A stretch of 64,000 bases of DNA from the NCBI GenBank assembly GCA_000004985.1, contig GG738878.1. One strand, 5' to 3'. The DNA is from Naegleria gruberi (Eukaryota). The position numbers and the translations under genes are program-made. Below the pieces are notes generated by a model that was not told where the DNA came from, made no database searches, and saw only the letters and a list, made by a program, of their open reading frames with translations. Position 1 is the first letter of the stretch, and every line of letters begins with the position of its first letter. Below are positions 33,321-45,392 of this stretch, one piece after another.

Positions 33321-34874
33321 ATGACAGGTACAACAATCGAAATGCTAGATAGTAGTGCTACGAACATTAATACTTCCACAACTAGCTTTTCCTCCAATCA
33401 AATCAACAGAATCAACTCTCCACCTTCAGTCAACCTGACCAGTTTGACCTCTTCACAAGATTCCATGATTCCAACATCACCAACCAATAATTCCAACTCT
33501 ATGAACAGAAGAGATTCCACTCACAAATCCACAACTGGTAAAAGTTTACCATCCTCATTGAAAACACCAAGAACTTCATCTGTTACTGCTTTCCATTCGA
33601 AAAACTTTCGTATACATACATGTTGTGGCATTCTAGAGCTGAATTGCTTGAAAATGACAAGTTTGGCAGCACTTGTTGTTAGTTTATTCGCATTTACTGC
33701 CTTAATTGCAATCATTAGTTTAAACTATTCAGTAGTTGCCACCTATCACTCAAGTTTAGAAACTTTAGAAACTTCTGGAACTTATTACAGAGAATTGATG
33801 AAATTATCTGCACGTGCTGCAGTCACAGCTGATTATAACAGAACCTTGTCATTGGAATATGTCGACTTGTACAATAGTTATTTTAAAGAGTATTATGTAG
33901 TAATGAATAATTTAATTGCAAACGTTCCTCCTTCAGTGCTGTATTGGAATCAACATAACATGTTGAGAGAAAATGTCAAATCAAGAAAAGCTGTCAATAT
34001 GGAAGTTGCCATGATGTCACAAGTCACAAATGGAAATTATACAGCAGCTCTCAGATCCCTCGATTCAGATCAATACAAAGATTTGCTAACAGGTTATGAA
34101 GAAGAAGTTCAAAGTATCATTGATTATGTCGCCGACCTTAAATATTCGAATGCAGAAATGGATTTGGCAACCACAACTGTTGCCTTGATTATTATTTGCA
34201 TTTCTCTGGCAATTGTTATTCCAGTTCTGATTGTATTTGTATTATTGAGTGTTCAGAAAGATAATTCGAAAGAGAAACAATTGAGACAAGTGAAGAAATA
34301 CATGATTATGGATACGATTAATGATCCTTCTGTGGTGGAGAAGTTTAAAGATTTTTGCAAACAAGAGAGAAGTGAAGAAAATTTTGCATTGTTGGAAAAG
34401 ATTAATGAGTATAAGAAATTGTGTGAAAGAAGTTTCGATATTCAGGTTTTCTTATTCGATACTGATGTATTGAGTAGTTCAGATCAATTTTCTGAAACAA
34501 CAACATCCAGTACTGAAGACGCATCCAAGAAGAAGAACAAAGCTAAAAAGGGATATACTGAAAAAGATTTAATGGAAATTGAAAAGAAGAAATTCGAAAT
34601 TGCATTCGAAATTTATTCAGAATTCTTGGATGTTCGTGGTGATCGTTCAGTGAATATCAGCAAGGCATTTGCTGATAATGTGAAACAGCATTTGGATTAT
34701 TTCGCAAAGGGAGAAAATGAATCCATTCCAGAAAGTTTATTCGATAGTGTGGAATACGAAATGTGTGTCTTGATGATGGACACCCACCACAGATTCAAAC
34801 AATTTATGGAAGTTTCCCTCAAGGAAAAGAAACAAATTCTTTCAACATTGAAGAGAAAAACTGTAAAAAAGTAA
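33321..34874 (+). CDS. Transmembrane RGS-domain protein, paralog 2 (intact, 517 aa).
   Basis: Same architecture as paralog 1 (about 80% identity) with an uninterrupted ORF and a complete RGS domain. Confidence 0.65.
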   Translation: MTGTTIEMLDSSATNINTSTTSFSSNQINRINSPPSVNLTSLTSSQDSMIPTSPTNNSNSMNRRDSTHKSTTGKSLPSSLKTPRTSSVTAFHSKNFRIHTCCGILELNCLKMTSLAALVVSLFAFTALIAIISLNYSVVATYHSSLETLETSGTYYRELMKLSARAAVTADYNRTLSLEYVDLYNSYFKEYYVVMNNLIANVPPSVLYWNQHNMLRENVKSRKAVNMEVAMMSQVTNGNYTAALRSLDSDQYKDLLTGYEEEVQSIIDYVADLKYSNAEMDLATTTVALIIICISLAIVIPVLIVFVLLSVQKDNSKEKQLRQVKKYMIMDTINDPSVVEKFKDFCKQERSEENFALLEKINEYKKLCERSFDIQVFLFDTDVLSSSDQFSETTTSSTEDASKKKNKAKKGYTEKDLMEIEKKKFEIAFEIYSEFLDVRGDRSVNISKAFADNVKQHLDYFAKGENESIPESLFDSVEYEMCVLMMDTHHRFKQFMEVSLKEKKQILSTLKRKTVKK

Positions 34875-36112
34875 AATTGTAAATTAGGTTTCTTTATTCG
34901 AATTATTTAGGATAGATAACAGAACTTGGGTGTTGTTCGAAAACTCCATTTTCAATGCTTTAGGATAATGGCTATATTGCTCTCAAATCATTACTGTTTC
35001 GATTGATAGTTTACTTTCCAATATACTTTAGACGAAACCATTCGGCTATTAACAATTGCAGGTTCTGCAAAACCATCCATCAAGGATTCGGCACCATTGT
35101 ATACAATACTTTACAAAACACTGTAGATCAATACAATACAATAAAAAATTGATAGAGTTCACTGGTGTGAAAAAAAATGCTTATTTTTTATTAAATTTGG
35201 CAACCAAACCGATTTGTACTTCTATTACGCTCCAACTCATCAACAAACATCAAAATGACATTTAACTGATCATATTGATGAAGTTGCCAAAAACCCTTCT
35301 CCTTGACATTTGCTTGTCAAGTGACAGAAATCATTGAATTTCATCATGAACACAAAGATATAAACTCTTACCACTTGTTTTTCATCAAATAAACATCAAG
35401 ACATCTACTAGCACCATTTTCTACCTTTTTCAAGTTACGTTGTAATTGAGACAATTTATGGTCAACACGAAATTGGATGGACATGCCAACAAAACCAAAA
35501 AACGAAACCTTTTCTTGATAGGGACAGCTGTTGGCTTCTCATAAGTCATTGTGTTAACACCTGTCAGTGAACCAAGACAATTGACATTGTTGATTCCGCT
35601 ATAAAACAATAGAAAAAAAATTTCACTGCTGCCACGCTGCCACAAGAAGGTAATTTTTATATGCAATTTGATCTTATCCATTCTTTTTATTTGTCATGTT
35701 GTTGATAATTGTTCACAACATATTGAAAATGTCACTTGTCTTTGTTGGATTCAATAATGAAAACGTACATTCCAATGATGTTAATCTCTTCTGAAAAGAA
35801 ATTACAAACAACGAACCATTTGATTATCATATTGGACATTTTAACGCTTGGTGACAGCAGCATCAGTCAATAATCAAAAACACAAAAACAATTTAAAAAA
35901 CGGAGAACTCTTCAACAACCACCACTAAACTCTCCATTCTCCGTTTATTCTCATCAATTACACAACAATTTGTCAGAAGTGTCAGAAGTCACTGGGTCAC
36001 TAAAAAATTTCTCAACAGCTAATTGATCAATTTTTTAGCTACAACAAGAACAAAGAAACAAGATAATAGTATCAAGATTGTGTTTTTAACTCTTTGATTA
36101 CTGACAGTTAAA

Positions 36113-38207
36113 ATGTCACTCTCAGAATACGTACGTCGGGAAGATTTAAAAACACTTTATGCTCTTCCTATGAAGGAAGCAAGTAAAAAATTAGGAGTGA
36201 GTGAAAGTAGTTTGAGAAATATTTGTAGAAAACACAACATTGAACGATGGCCATGTATGTAAATTACTTTACAATAATATATTTAATACTATTTAATAAT
36301 ATTTAATAATAATATTTAATAATATTTAAAAATTACAAAAAATAATTGAATCGTTCCAAGATCGTAAATTTCAACAATTAGACGCTCACATTGCCTCATT
36401 GCAAAATGTCGAAGTTTCACAACAATCTCAACAACAAAAAGAAATGATTGAAAGTTTATTAAGAGCTCGATCAATTCTCGAAGATAATCCAAACATGACA
36501 TGTGAAATGGCAATTCTACAAGCTAACAAACAGTTACTGGCCAATAATCCACAAAATGGATCTCAGGTTCAAGAAATGACAGCTCAAATGATGAACATGA
36601 TGAATCAGAATCCATCAATGGATGATGCTTCTCCAACCATTAGTGAAAATTCATCACTTCATCATTCAATGGGTGGTGGTGTTGGTAATAATAATAATAA
36701 TTTGGATAATTCTTCAAATCAAATTCAACGAAGTCCAATGCATCAGCATCATCATCATGGAACAACGTTTGTGCCAAGTTATCCAACTCATGTTACTTCA
36801 CATTTGAGTGCTAGTGCTGCATTGAGTGCAATGGCTAGACGAAAGAAACATCCACAATATGTTTCGAATAATGCAGCTTCGTCTTCTATATTAGATACTT
36901 TGGATCAACAATCTAGATCTACATCCATGTTTTCAGTTCAATCCAATCCAACAATTGAAATTCAACAACCAAATAGATTTACAGATTCTGATGTCATGAA
37001 TCCACAACATCATGCCTATTTGCATCATCAGACAATTCTCAATTCTCATAATCCACATATGAGAAGTGTTTCCTCTGATAATATTTTCCCATCAGCATCG
37101 AATGGAATGATTGGTGTTGGTAATATGCAAGGTAATTCTTCAATGGAAATGATAACAAATATGGGTGAGAGAAGAGGAGCTGTTTCACATAGAGATTCAT
37201 TGGCTTTTGGACAGGGATTTGTGTTGGTCAATCAGGGAAGTGGTGGTTCAGTGATGGACGAATCGAATGAGTCCTCCACCACAGCAAGTGAACAACAATC
37301 AGTTTATTATAATGGTGAACTATCTCCACAACAGCAATACTCTCAACAACAACACAATAATGGAATGATGTTTAATGAGTATCAATTATTGGATCCAAAT
37401 GTGAAATCACGACACATTTCTCTATTGAAACAACAGAGAAGACCACCTCCACAACCACCACGTTCACTCTCCACTTCAACTGCACTCTCACCAATGCCCA
37501 ATTTAAATTCCTCTCCTCAACTGCAGCCACAATATCAATCACCAAATGCCTCCAATAATAGAAGTAGCAATTCCATGATGCAAGATCTTCAAATTAATAA
37601 TAGAAAATTCACATCGACAACGACACCACCTTCCTCCTCACACAATTCATCACTGAGAAGTAGTTCAGCATCTCACACAGATTTTGATTCACCTTTTATA
37701 GATATTATGCAATCAGATCAGGAGGGAGATATTTCAATGGGTGATAATTTCCTTTCTTCACCTTCAATTCTAATTAATAATAGATTATCTGATGATCAAA
37801 ATTCAACTCATCCTTTCCAAAGAACAAGTCAATCTTCACTAACGAGTCAAGTTTCATTGAATAGATATTTACTAGATTCACCTAATCATCACGATTTTGA
37901 TTTTGTTTCAAAACAAGAACAACGTGAGAATAATCATAGAATCTTGGAAGCTTTGAGAATAACACCAACTACACCATCAAATAATTCTGTTGGTAGTAGT
38001 GTTAATAATCTGTATGATCCTCTATTTGATAGTAATGCCTTCTTAAGAGGAAGAACAAGTTCAGTTTCGTCTACTTTCTCAGATGGTATGTCAACTCCAA
38101 TGACTCCAACAGGAGAAGGTGGAAGATTGTCAAATGCATCAAATTTAAGTTTAAGACTTTCACACGGCATGAATTCTGATTTTAATTTTTCCAATAACAA
38201 TTATTAA
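36113..38207 (+). CDS. RWP-RK domain transcription factor. Two exons, 36113..36253 and 36361..38207, with a 107-nt intron. The long C-terminus is Q/N/S-rich.
   Basis: Exon 1 encodes MSLSEYVRREDLKTLYALPMKEASKKLGVSESSLRNICRKHNIERWP and ends at GTATGT. The acceptor ...ttccaag|at completes the Y codon, so the spliced product reads RWPYRK, the diagnostic RWP-RK motif split exactly by the intron. The track start at 36399 is a TTG. Confidence 0.75.
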
Positions 38208-38343
38208 GAGTTTTTAATTTTGCTAATTTGTGCGGTTTGATTAATATTTGAGTTATTTTAATATTATTGTAATTTTACACACACAACAATAAAGTTTTAC
38301 AAATGTACAATTTATTTAAAAATCCACAACTTTGAATTGTGTA

Positions 38344-39566
38344 TTAAACTTCAGTCTTGAGGTGAACAATTTCAGGACCAACTTCATCATATTGTTCCCT
38401 TGTAACACACAAATCAAAGAATGAAGACAAGGTAGCTCTAATACTGCCACCAATCCATGCCAATTGATCTCTCCTATCTCCTGCAACAATACGAATATCC
38501 ATTGAAGATGGTGCCTTCTCTGTCATTTCCTTTGTTAATCTCTCTTCAATACCTTCAAATTTTGTTGAACCACCAGCAAGAACTGAATTACGATACAATG
38601 TCTTACGAACGTCGATTGGTGAACGACTAATTGATTCAAACAAGAGTTCATGTATACCAGATGATTCCATACCAATAAGTTGAGGATAGAAGAGAACTTC
38701 TGGTGCACGGAATCTTTCAGAATTGATTGTAATTGCTGTACCATCAGGTAAGTTGTAAACTTGATCCAAAGATGAACTTTCCTCTGCTTTTTCCATTTCT
38801 TCATCATAATCCAATGGAATGTAACAGTGTTTTTCTTTCATTTGTCTAATAATTTCATGTTCGGCTGTTGTGTGGAAATTGTGGTCCTTTTCACTTAACA
38901 TTTTCATTAAATATTCTGTCACATCTCTTCCAGCAATATTCAATCGGAGTACAGCATGAAGCATGACTGTATTTTAATGAAAATCCAAGAAATTATAATC
39001 GAAACAATTATTCGAAACACAAAATCTATCAAAGGACATTATACAAATAAAAACATACCAAGACCATCATACATTGGAACACAATGAGCTGCACCATCAC
39101 CAACATCCAAACAAACACCTGTCAATCTACCAGAAGCCATCAATGACAATGCTCCTTGAATACCCAAATAAAAAGCAGGAACTTCAAACTTTTCCATTAA
39201 AATTTCACAAACTTTCTCACGTTGTACTTTTGGTGTGAAAGGAGCATCTGTTAATAAAAGTGGTTGTTCCTCAGGTGCTAATTTTAATTCATTGTAATAG
39301 GTGTGAGCAATAACAGATTCCCAGTGATCATAATTTTCAATTGTTCCGTGTACCATTGGATAGTCTAATTGCAAAACACCTCTCTTGGATTGAGCAGAAT
39401 GTCCAACATAATGTTCTCGGTTGACTGTACCAACAAGTACTGAAGTATCTTTTGCTTTACCAATCATATTGGAAAATACGGCACTTGGTGATTGATAACC
39501 AGCAACACCAGCTTTGATGAAGCCAGATCCATTATCGATAACTACTGTTGGAAGTTGTGATGCCAT
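38344..39566 (-). CDS. Actin-related protein, Arp1/centractin-like. Two exons: about 39060..39566 and 38344..38966. The 92-nt intron is at about 38967..39059 (display numbering uncertain by 1 nt).
   Basis: MASQLPTVVIDNGSGFIKAGVAGYQ ... LTDAPFTPKVQREKVCEILMEKFEVPAFYLGIQGALSLMASGRLTGVCLDVGDGAAHCVPMYDGL, then GTATGT...acag, then V-MLHAVLRLNIAGRDVTEYLMK...ISERFRAPEVLFYP...WIGGSI.... This aligns along its full length with actin and Arp1. The likely true start is the second Met (MASQ...). Confidence 0.8.
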
Positions 39567-39756
39567 TTTTTTTGATGGAAACTTTTGACAGGTGTTATTA
39601 TTTAGATGATGAGTGAAATCCATAAATATTAAAACAATGAAGAAATAAAATTGAAAAGATTTTGAGAAAATAAAATCTTAATCAATTCTTCCAATACACA
39701 ATAGTTAAATTAATTATTCAAATAAATTTTAAATTTGAATAATTTATAATAATAAT

Positions 39757-40498
39757 TTAAATATTTACAAATTTAGTATTTCCATGTTCTGTTACAATCT
39801 TAATCAAAGATCCAGATACAGGTTTTTCTCTACATTCAATCCAATCCACAATCTTTTCAGAAACATGATCCAAAGGAGTCCAATTTGAAAAATCAGCATT
39901 TGGCATTGCATTTCTATTAGCTTCAGTATCCAACATTGAAGGAACAATTCCAACAGTTGTTGTTCCTCTAGGAAGTCCACATTGTTCAGGATCTGCAAAG
40001 CTCTTCACCAAATGATGAACAGAACTCTTAGCCACACCATAAGCCAATGTCACTGGAGTTTTCCCTAAAGCTCCTGCAGCTCCAGGCAAAACCAACAAAC
40101 CATCCTCTCTCATATATTTACTAGCACACAACGCACTCAACAAGGACGATTGAACACTCACTTGCCACATCAAATCAACTTGTGAGAGGAGAGTTGGTTC
40201 CTTCAAATCTCCCATCATGAAACCACCTGCAACATTAATCACAGCCTCCAAATTATTATTATTAGCTGGATTTAGAGAGGAGAGAATTCAAGGCTTTCTC
40301 AATGGTTTGTTGACTCAATTCACCCGAATGATTATTTGCGTTTGATGATGATGCTGAAGGTAATACAATGGAATGATCAGCTTCGGAATTTTCCTTCAAA
40401 TCAATGGAAATGGCAATGAAATTCTTCTTTTTTAAAGAACGGATGAGATTTTTTCCGAGAGCACCAAAGCCACCAAAGACTGCTACGTGTTTAGACAT
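39757..40498 (-). CDS. QDPR: Dihydropteridine reductase (QDPR, SDR family). The frame is broken inside a (TAA)4/(AAT)4 microsatellite at about 40252-40262.
   Basis: N-terminal MSKHVAVFGGFGALGKNLIRSLKKKNFIAISIDL matches the Rossmann GxxGxxG fold. The C-terminal ORF reads ...VINVAGGFMMGDL...DLMWQVSVQSS...LLVLPGAAGALGKTPVTLAYGVAKSSVHHLVKS...LDTEANRNAMPNADFSNWTPLD...SGSLIKIVTEHG. This aligns closely with human QDPR ([39 protein letters not shown]). Confidence 0.75.
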
Positions 40499-40598
40499 TT
40501 TTTTTTAATAATATTTAAACTATTTAAATAATATTTAATATATTTAAAAAAAATTGTAAAGTGTATTAAACAACAAAAATATCCAACACCAAAAAAAA

Positions 40599-42002
40599 AT
40601 GAATCAAGAGTTGGGAGCAGGTCAACAAATCGTCGTTGCCTCTAACAGTAGTAGCACAGTGGTTCATAATGATTCTTCATTGTCGTCATCTTTGATCAGA
40701 ATAAATAATTCCGATGATGATGAACTCGCACCAATCATGACTAACTTTAACCGATCCAATACAACAGCAACAGTTTCATCTAATATAATTTCCCGATCGC
40801 CACCATCAAAGGATGAGGAGATGGCTACTAGTGGTGGTGGTAGTAATTTAAATCAACAACTCCCATTAATATTAAATCATGAAAGTGATATTTTGGGAGA
40901 AAAATCGGTGAAGGCTTTTTCTGGTGTTTGGATGAGAAGGCTTGGAAGTATCTTTTCTTTCATTCCGAGAATATTTAGAAATTTATTGAGAATGTGTGGA
41001 ATTAAAGCGAAATATTTAACATTTTTGGACAAGTTGCCTTCAAGGAATTTGATTATTTCTGTATTGGCAGTTATTGGATTGATATTTATGATTTTAATTG
41101 CTGTACAATCTAACAAACCAAAGGGTTTGATTCCATTGGTTAGAGATGATAATAGACTTGTTGGGTATATTGTAAAAACAAATACCAATCCATCCTTTTA
41201 TATGAGAGTGTTGAATCCTGCTAGAGATACTGGATTTTCAAAGCACATGGTTAGATATGGCAATTGGGAATCAGCAACTGAAGAACTATTCAAAATGTTA
41301 ATTGAGAAATTCCAAAGAGATTCAAAAATAACTGGAAAGAAGTGTCTCATTGTTGATGTTGGTTCTCATTTGGGATTTTATTCAATTTATCCTGCACTGT
41401 TGGGTTGTAAAGTTATCTCGTATGAAATTCAACCAAAAATGGTGGAAGTGATTAAGAGTTCTGCATCTCTAAATGATGTTGACAAATTGGTTTCAGTTAA
41501 AAACTTGGCTGTTTTCAGAGATGCCAGAAAATATATTCAATACTCAACCAAGTACAATGCTGATCTTACAAATGTTGTTACTGCAGATGAGGAAACTGAA
41601 AGTAAGACTCCAGGATCTGTTGAAACCATATCACTCGATGAGGACTACTTCTCGGCAGATATTCATATCAATTTGCTAAAGGTTGATATTTCTAAAAAGT
41701 CAGATGATGTCTTTGCTGGTGGTTTGAGAACACTCTCCTTTATGATTGATCACATTATTACTGAATTGACAGCAGACGATGCTGTGCCCATTCGTTACAT
41801 TTTGAATGCATACTATGATAAGGTTGTTGTTTTAGAAGATAGCTCAGGAATTTCAGGACTCTTTTTCAAATCATCCACACCAAAAATCTTTAGAGGAAGC
41901 GAAGTTTCAGTTGAAGCAATCACTGCATACTTGGCCAAGACTGGTAAGAGAAATGTTTGGTTCTCCAGAAAGAAGAACACAATCCCATACTATGGTAAAT
42001 AA
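40599..42002 (+). CDS. FkbM-family SAM-dependent methyltransferase with type II membrane (Golgi-like) topology.
   Basis: N-terminal Ser-rich cytosolic region, a TM anchor NLIISVLAVIGLIFMILIAV, then the methyltransferase motif KCLIVDVGSHLGFYSIY (DVGAxxG-type, Methyltransf_21-like). Confidence 0.55.
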   Translation: MNQELGAGQQIVVASNSSSTVVHNDSSLSSSLIRINNSDDDELAPIMTNFNRSNTTATVSSNIISRSPPSKDEEMATSGGGSNLNQQLPLILNHESDILGEKSVKAFSGVWMRRLGSIFSFIPRIFRNLLRMCGIKAKYLTFLDKLPSRNLIISVLAVIGLIFMILIAVQSNKPKGLIPLVRDDNRLVGYIVKTNTNPSFYMRVLNPARDTGFSKHMVRYGNWESATEELFKMLIEKFQRDSKITGKKCLIVDVGSHLGFYSIYPALLGCKVISYEIQPKMVEVIKSSASLNDVDKLVSVKNLAVFRDARKYIQYSTKYNADLTNVVTADEETESKTPGSVETISLDEDYFSADIHINLLKVDISKKSDDVFAGGLRTLSFMIDHIITELTADDAVPIRYILNAYYDKVVVLEDSSGISGLFFKSSTPKIFRGSEVSVEAITAYLAKTGKRNVWFSRKKNTIPYYGK

Positions 42003-42012
42003 TATTACAAGA

Positions 42013-44554
42013 TTATTTTATAAATACTTTCTTTGACTCTTTCCACATCTCTGACAAATCTTTTCCTCGAATTAGAGAATTACTTGCTCTCAAGTAGAAA
42101 TGATCTTGATGTTCAAATTGACTGGCACTAGTTAAAATACGTTCCTTAAATTGATTTTCCAATTGTGGAGACTCTGGAATAGATATAGTATTTTCAAAAA
42201 AGGAGGTAATGAGATAATTCTGCAGGGAATTGAGGATTGAAAGAATAATTGGAGATTTGAGGTTCTTGGCTATGTGGAAGAAATCTTTCCCAACGCTTGC
42301 ATTCATTTCTTGAAGATTCTTATCGTTAGTGTTGAGAATACCTTGCATGTAAATACTCAAGTTCAACAACTTGGACATGTACTCCAAGAAGAGAACTTCC
42401 AAATCTTGCTCCCCTTCTGATGTGATAACGCTCAAGAAGGTCAAACATTCTGTCAAGTTTCTTGGAATAAAGCATTCCATTTCTGCCATAACATAGTTGG
42501 TATTCAGTGACATGGAGCTGTACTGACTAGTGAGAATGGCAAAGAATTTCGTGTTAAACTTTTCAAATTGATCGACAAGTTTTGCTGATTTCGTAGTGAT
42601 TCCAGAGAGGTAAGTAAGCTTGAGAAAGTTGAACACCAATTTCTTGAACTGTACACTATTGGTTGTACATCCCTCAATCTGTTGATGGATTTCAATGAGC
42701 AACAAGTATCTGGTAAATAGAGCATGTTGTAACTCCAATACACTTTGAATATCAACATTCTCTGATAACTTGTTCACAATTAGATCAAGCATATTCTTAA
42801 TGACGAGTTGATTGTAGGATGAATTCACACTCTTGAATTCGAGGATGGTATTAAAGAAGGAACTCCACAGATTACAAATTATAGTCTGTATGTCATTGGT
42901 GATAATATTGAAATCCTTCTTATTTTGCTTTACACTCTTCTCACTTTCTAATAATAAGATTGGTCTATTATCATCATGTGGGGAGAGCTTGAATAGACAA
43001 TAGTATTTCAAAAAGAGAGACTCTAGGGAAAAATACATGCCGTGGTAGTATGGTTCCATAATTCTATTGAGAATAGAGAGGAGAACCTTTTCTCTAATGA
43101 AAGGCATCAATTGATTCTTACTCTTATTACCATCCATACACTCAACCAAAAAGCTAACGAATTCATCTGATAAAAAGAGACGAAACATTTCGTTAAAGCT
43201 ATCATCTGGACAGTTTTCCTTAATATCATTAGGGAGGTTTGCTTCAGGGAAGATCATGTGTAAAATGTAATTTCTTCTATCAATTTCCTTTCTAGAGAAG
43301 AGGGCTGGGATTACTGGTGTGGTAGTTGCTGCATTGGAGCTGCTGGAGGCAATTATCTGAGAGTTAGACTGCAATAGATTGGTCCTTTCCAAATCTACTA
43401 CTGTTGCAGAGGGAACCTCATTCTTCTTAGAGACCTTTCTTTTCTTTGCTTCCTCCTTACTTTGAGCTTCCTCTTCAGCTGTCTTCATCTTTGGTCCTCT
43501 CTTCTTAGGTTCATAATAAACACATTCATCAGGTATTCCTCTCTTTTTACATTCACCACAAGGCATTCCCTTATCTTTAAAATGGGGTCTGTAAATTTTA
43601 CTGTAATCTCTACAAATACTTACCACTAAATTAGAGTCAATTACAACCTGCCTAATACATTGAAAATACTTACCATTTACGATGTGATTTTCTACAATTT
43701 ATACATGCCATTCTGGCTTGACTTGGATCTGTGGGTGGTTGTTGGGTTTGGGAGTTATTGGATGAAGGGGCTTGTTGGACGGATGAGGAGGCCACTATTA
43801 CTGATTGTGTTGTCTTTACCAACTCTTGGTCAGCAATACAGTGAGAAACCTTAACTGGTGTCGTGGTAGGACTGTTTGTGACAATAATTCCAGTTGTTGT
43901 GGAAGAGGAAGGATTAGATGATGGTTGCATTTCAGGACTTGTCCCAATTGTTACTTGCTGTGGAGTCTTTCTGTATCCAGATATATAGCCAGGAATAAAA
44001 CTATCCATAGGAACAATATCAATACTTGGTTGAATAATGGCTTGATAAAGAGGAGGTGCATATCTTACAATAGTTTGTGGTTGTGCTGACAAGGCTTCCA
44101 TCAAATCATGACCACCATTACTATGAAGAGGTGGTTTTGGTTCCATATTATTACCACGCCACGATTGTGGATGTTGTTGTTGATAGTGATGAATGTGATC
44201 CACCATGACTTTTGAAGATGGTTGTTGTGAAGTCAAATTATGAATGGAAGGAAGACTGAATCCTTGTTGATGTTGATGTGGAGGTGTCTGGGAAGGAATA
44301 AAAGAGGAAGAATTGCTCTTCATAGCAAGAGGCAAACAGGAAGGGTAAATTGATGAACTCGGATTCATCATGATTAAATTATTGTGCTGATGATGATGAT
44401 TATTACCCACATGATGATGGTGACCACTAGAAGCAATATGAGAATTATTTGTGGTATTATTGGTGGAGGAGGAATTGGTTGGTGTGGATGGAGTGGATGG
44501 CGATTGTTGTTGTTGCCCAGGCTCCACTTTCACCATCACAGCTAAAGGTTTCAT
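42013..44554 (-). CDS. Zn(II)2Cys6 (fungal-type zinc cluster) transcription factor. Two exons, 43674..44554 and 42013..43600, with a 73-nt intron. The N-terminus is His/Gln/Ser/Pro-rich.
   Basis: Exon 1 ends ...RMACINCRKSHRK-TG|GTAAGT. The acceptor ...gattacag|t gives Cys, so the spliced product reads ACINCRKSHRKC-KIYRPHFKDKGM-PCGECKKRGIPDECVYYEPKKRGPK, a six-Cys cluster pattern CX2CX6C...CX2CX8C. The track start at 44617 is a GTG, and the first ATG is at 44554. Confidence 0.6.
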
Positions 44555-45392
44555 AGTTGTTTGTCCCTTCTTGTGTTTTTTGTGGTGTCTTTTTGCTGAT
44601 GAACGCAGAAATCGCACAGAAAGGTTAAAAACGTTTTTTTTTGCGTAAAAATTTTTTTAAGGATTTTATCGTTGCGGGTAAACGAGAAAACTCCGAGTTG
44701 AAAGGTCATCATTCTCTCAAGAAATTGCAATTCTGTTTCAATCAATGGGACAACACAAGTGGGTAATGCAATATATTACTCCATTTCTCCTCAACTTCCT
44801 TGCAATACAAAGTCTAACTTCTGGTTGATTTTATTTGTGAGAAAGAGAAAAAAACATTGAGGGAAAATGCATCATCCAATATTGTTAAACCTTCTCACAT
44901 TTTCCACTGCACCTGCTCTTTATCCATCCAGTAACTGCAGTTTACAGTACAGTTGGAAAATTGTTTGGATACGGCTCCACCTTATCTGAATAGCAAACCC
45001 TTTTCTCAAAGATCCAAAGGGCAGTTTCTCAATGAACCAATGAGATGCAGTAAGTAGTGGGAGCTTTGTAAACTTGAAAAGATCAATTGCGTAAATCATT
45101 TATTTGAATAAATTTTCAAATCTGCCAAATAACCAAAGAAGGGAGCTGTTTCTTACAAATTTTCTTTGAATTCTTGTATAATTCTCCAAGTGAATTCTAA
45201 TATAATGGAAATTTCCAATAGGAATTGTTGCATTAATGAGATGGTTCCACAACAATAAACTTCTCCTTTGGTTGCATACCATCTCACCAAATAATTTCTC
45301 GAATCTATGAAGGATTGTGAAGTCAATACTTACAAGTGATCAATCACACCATATTCTAAAAAAATTAAATATTATTAAAATTTTATTAAAAA

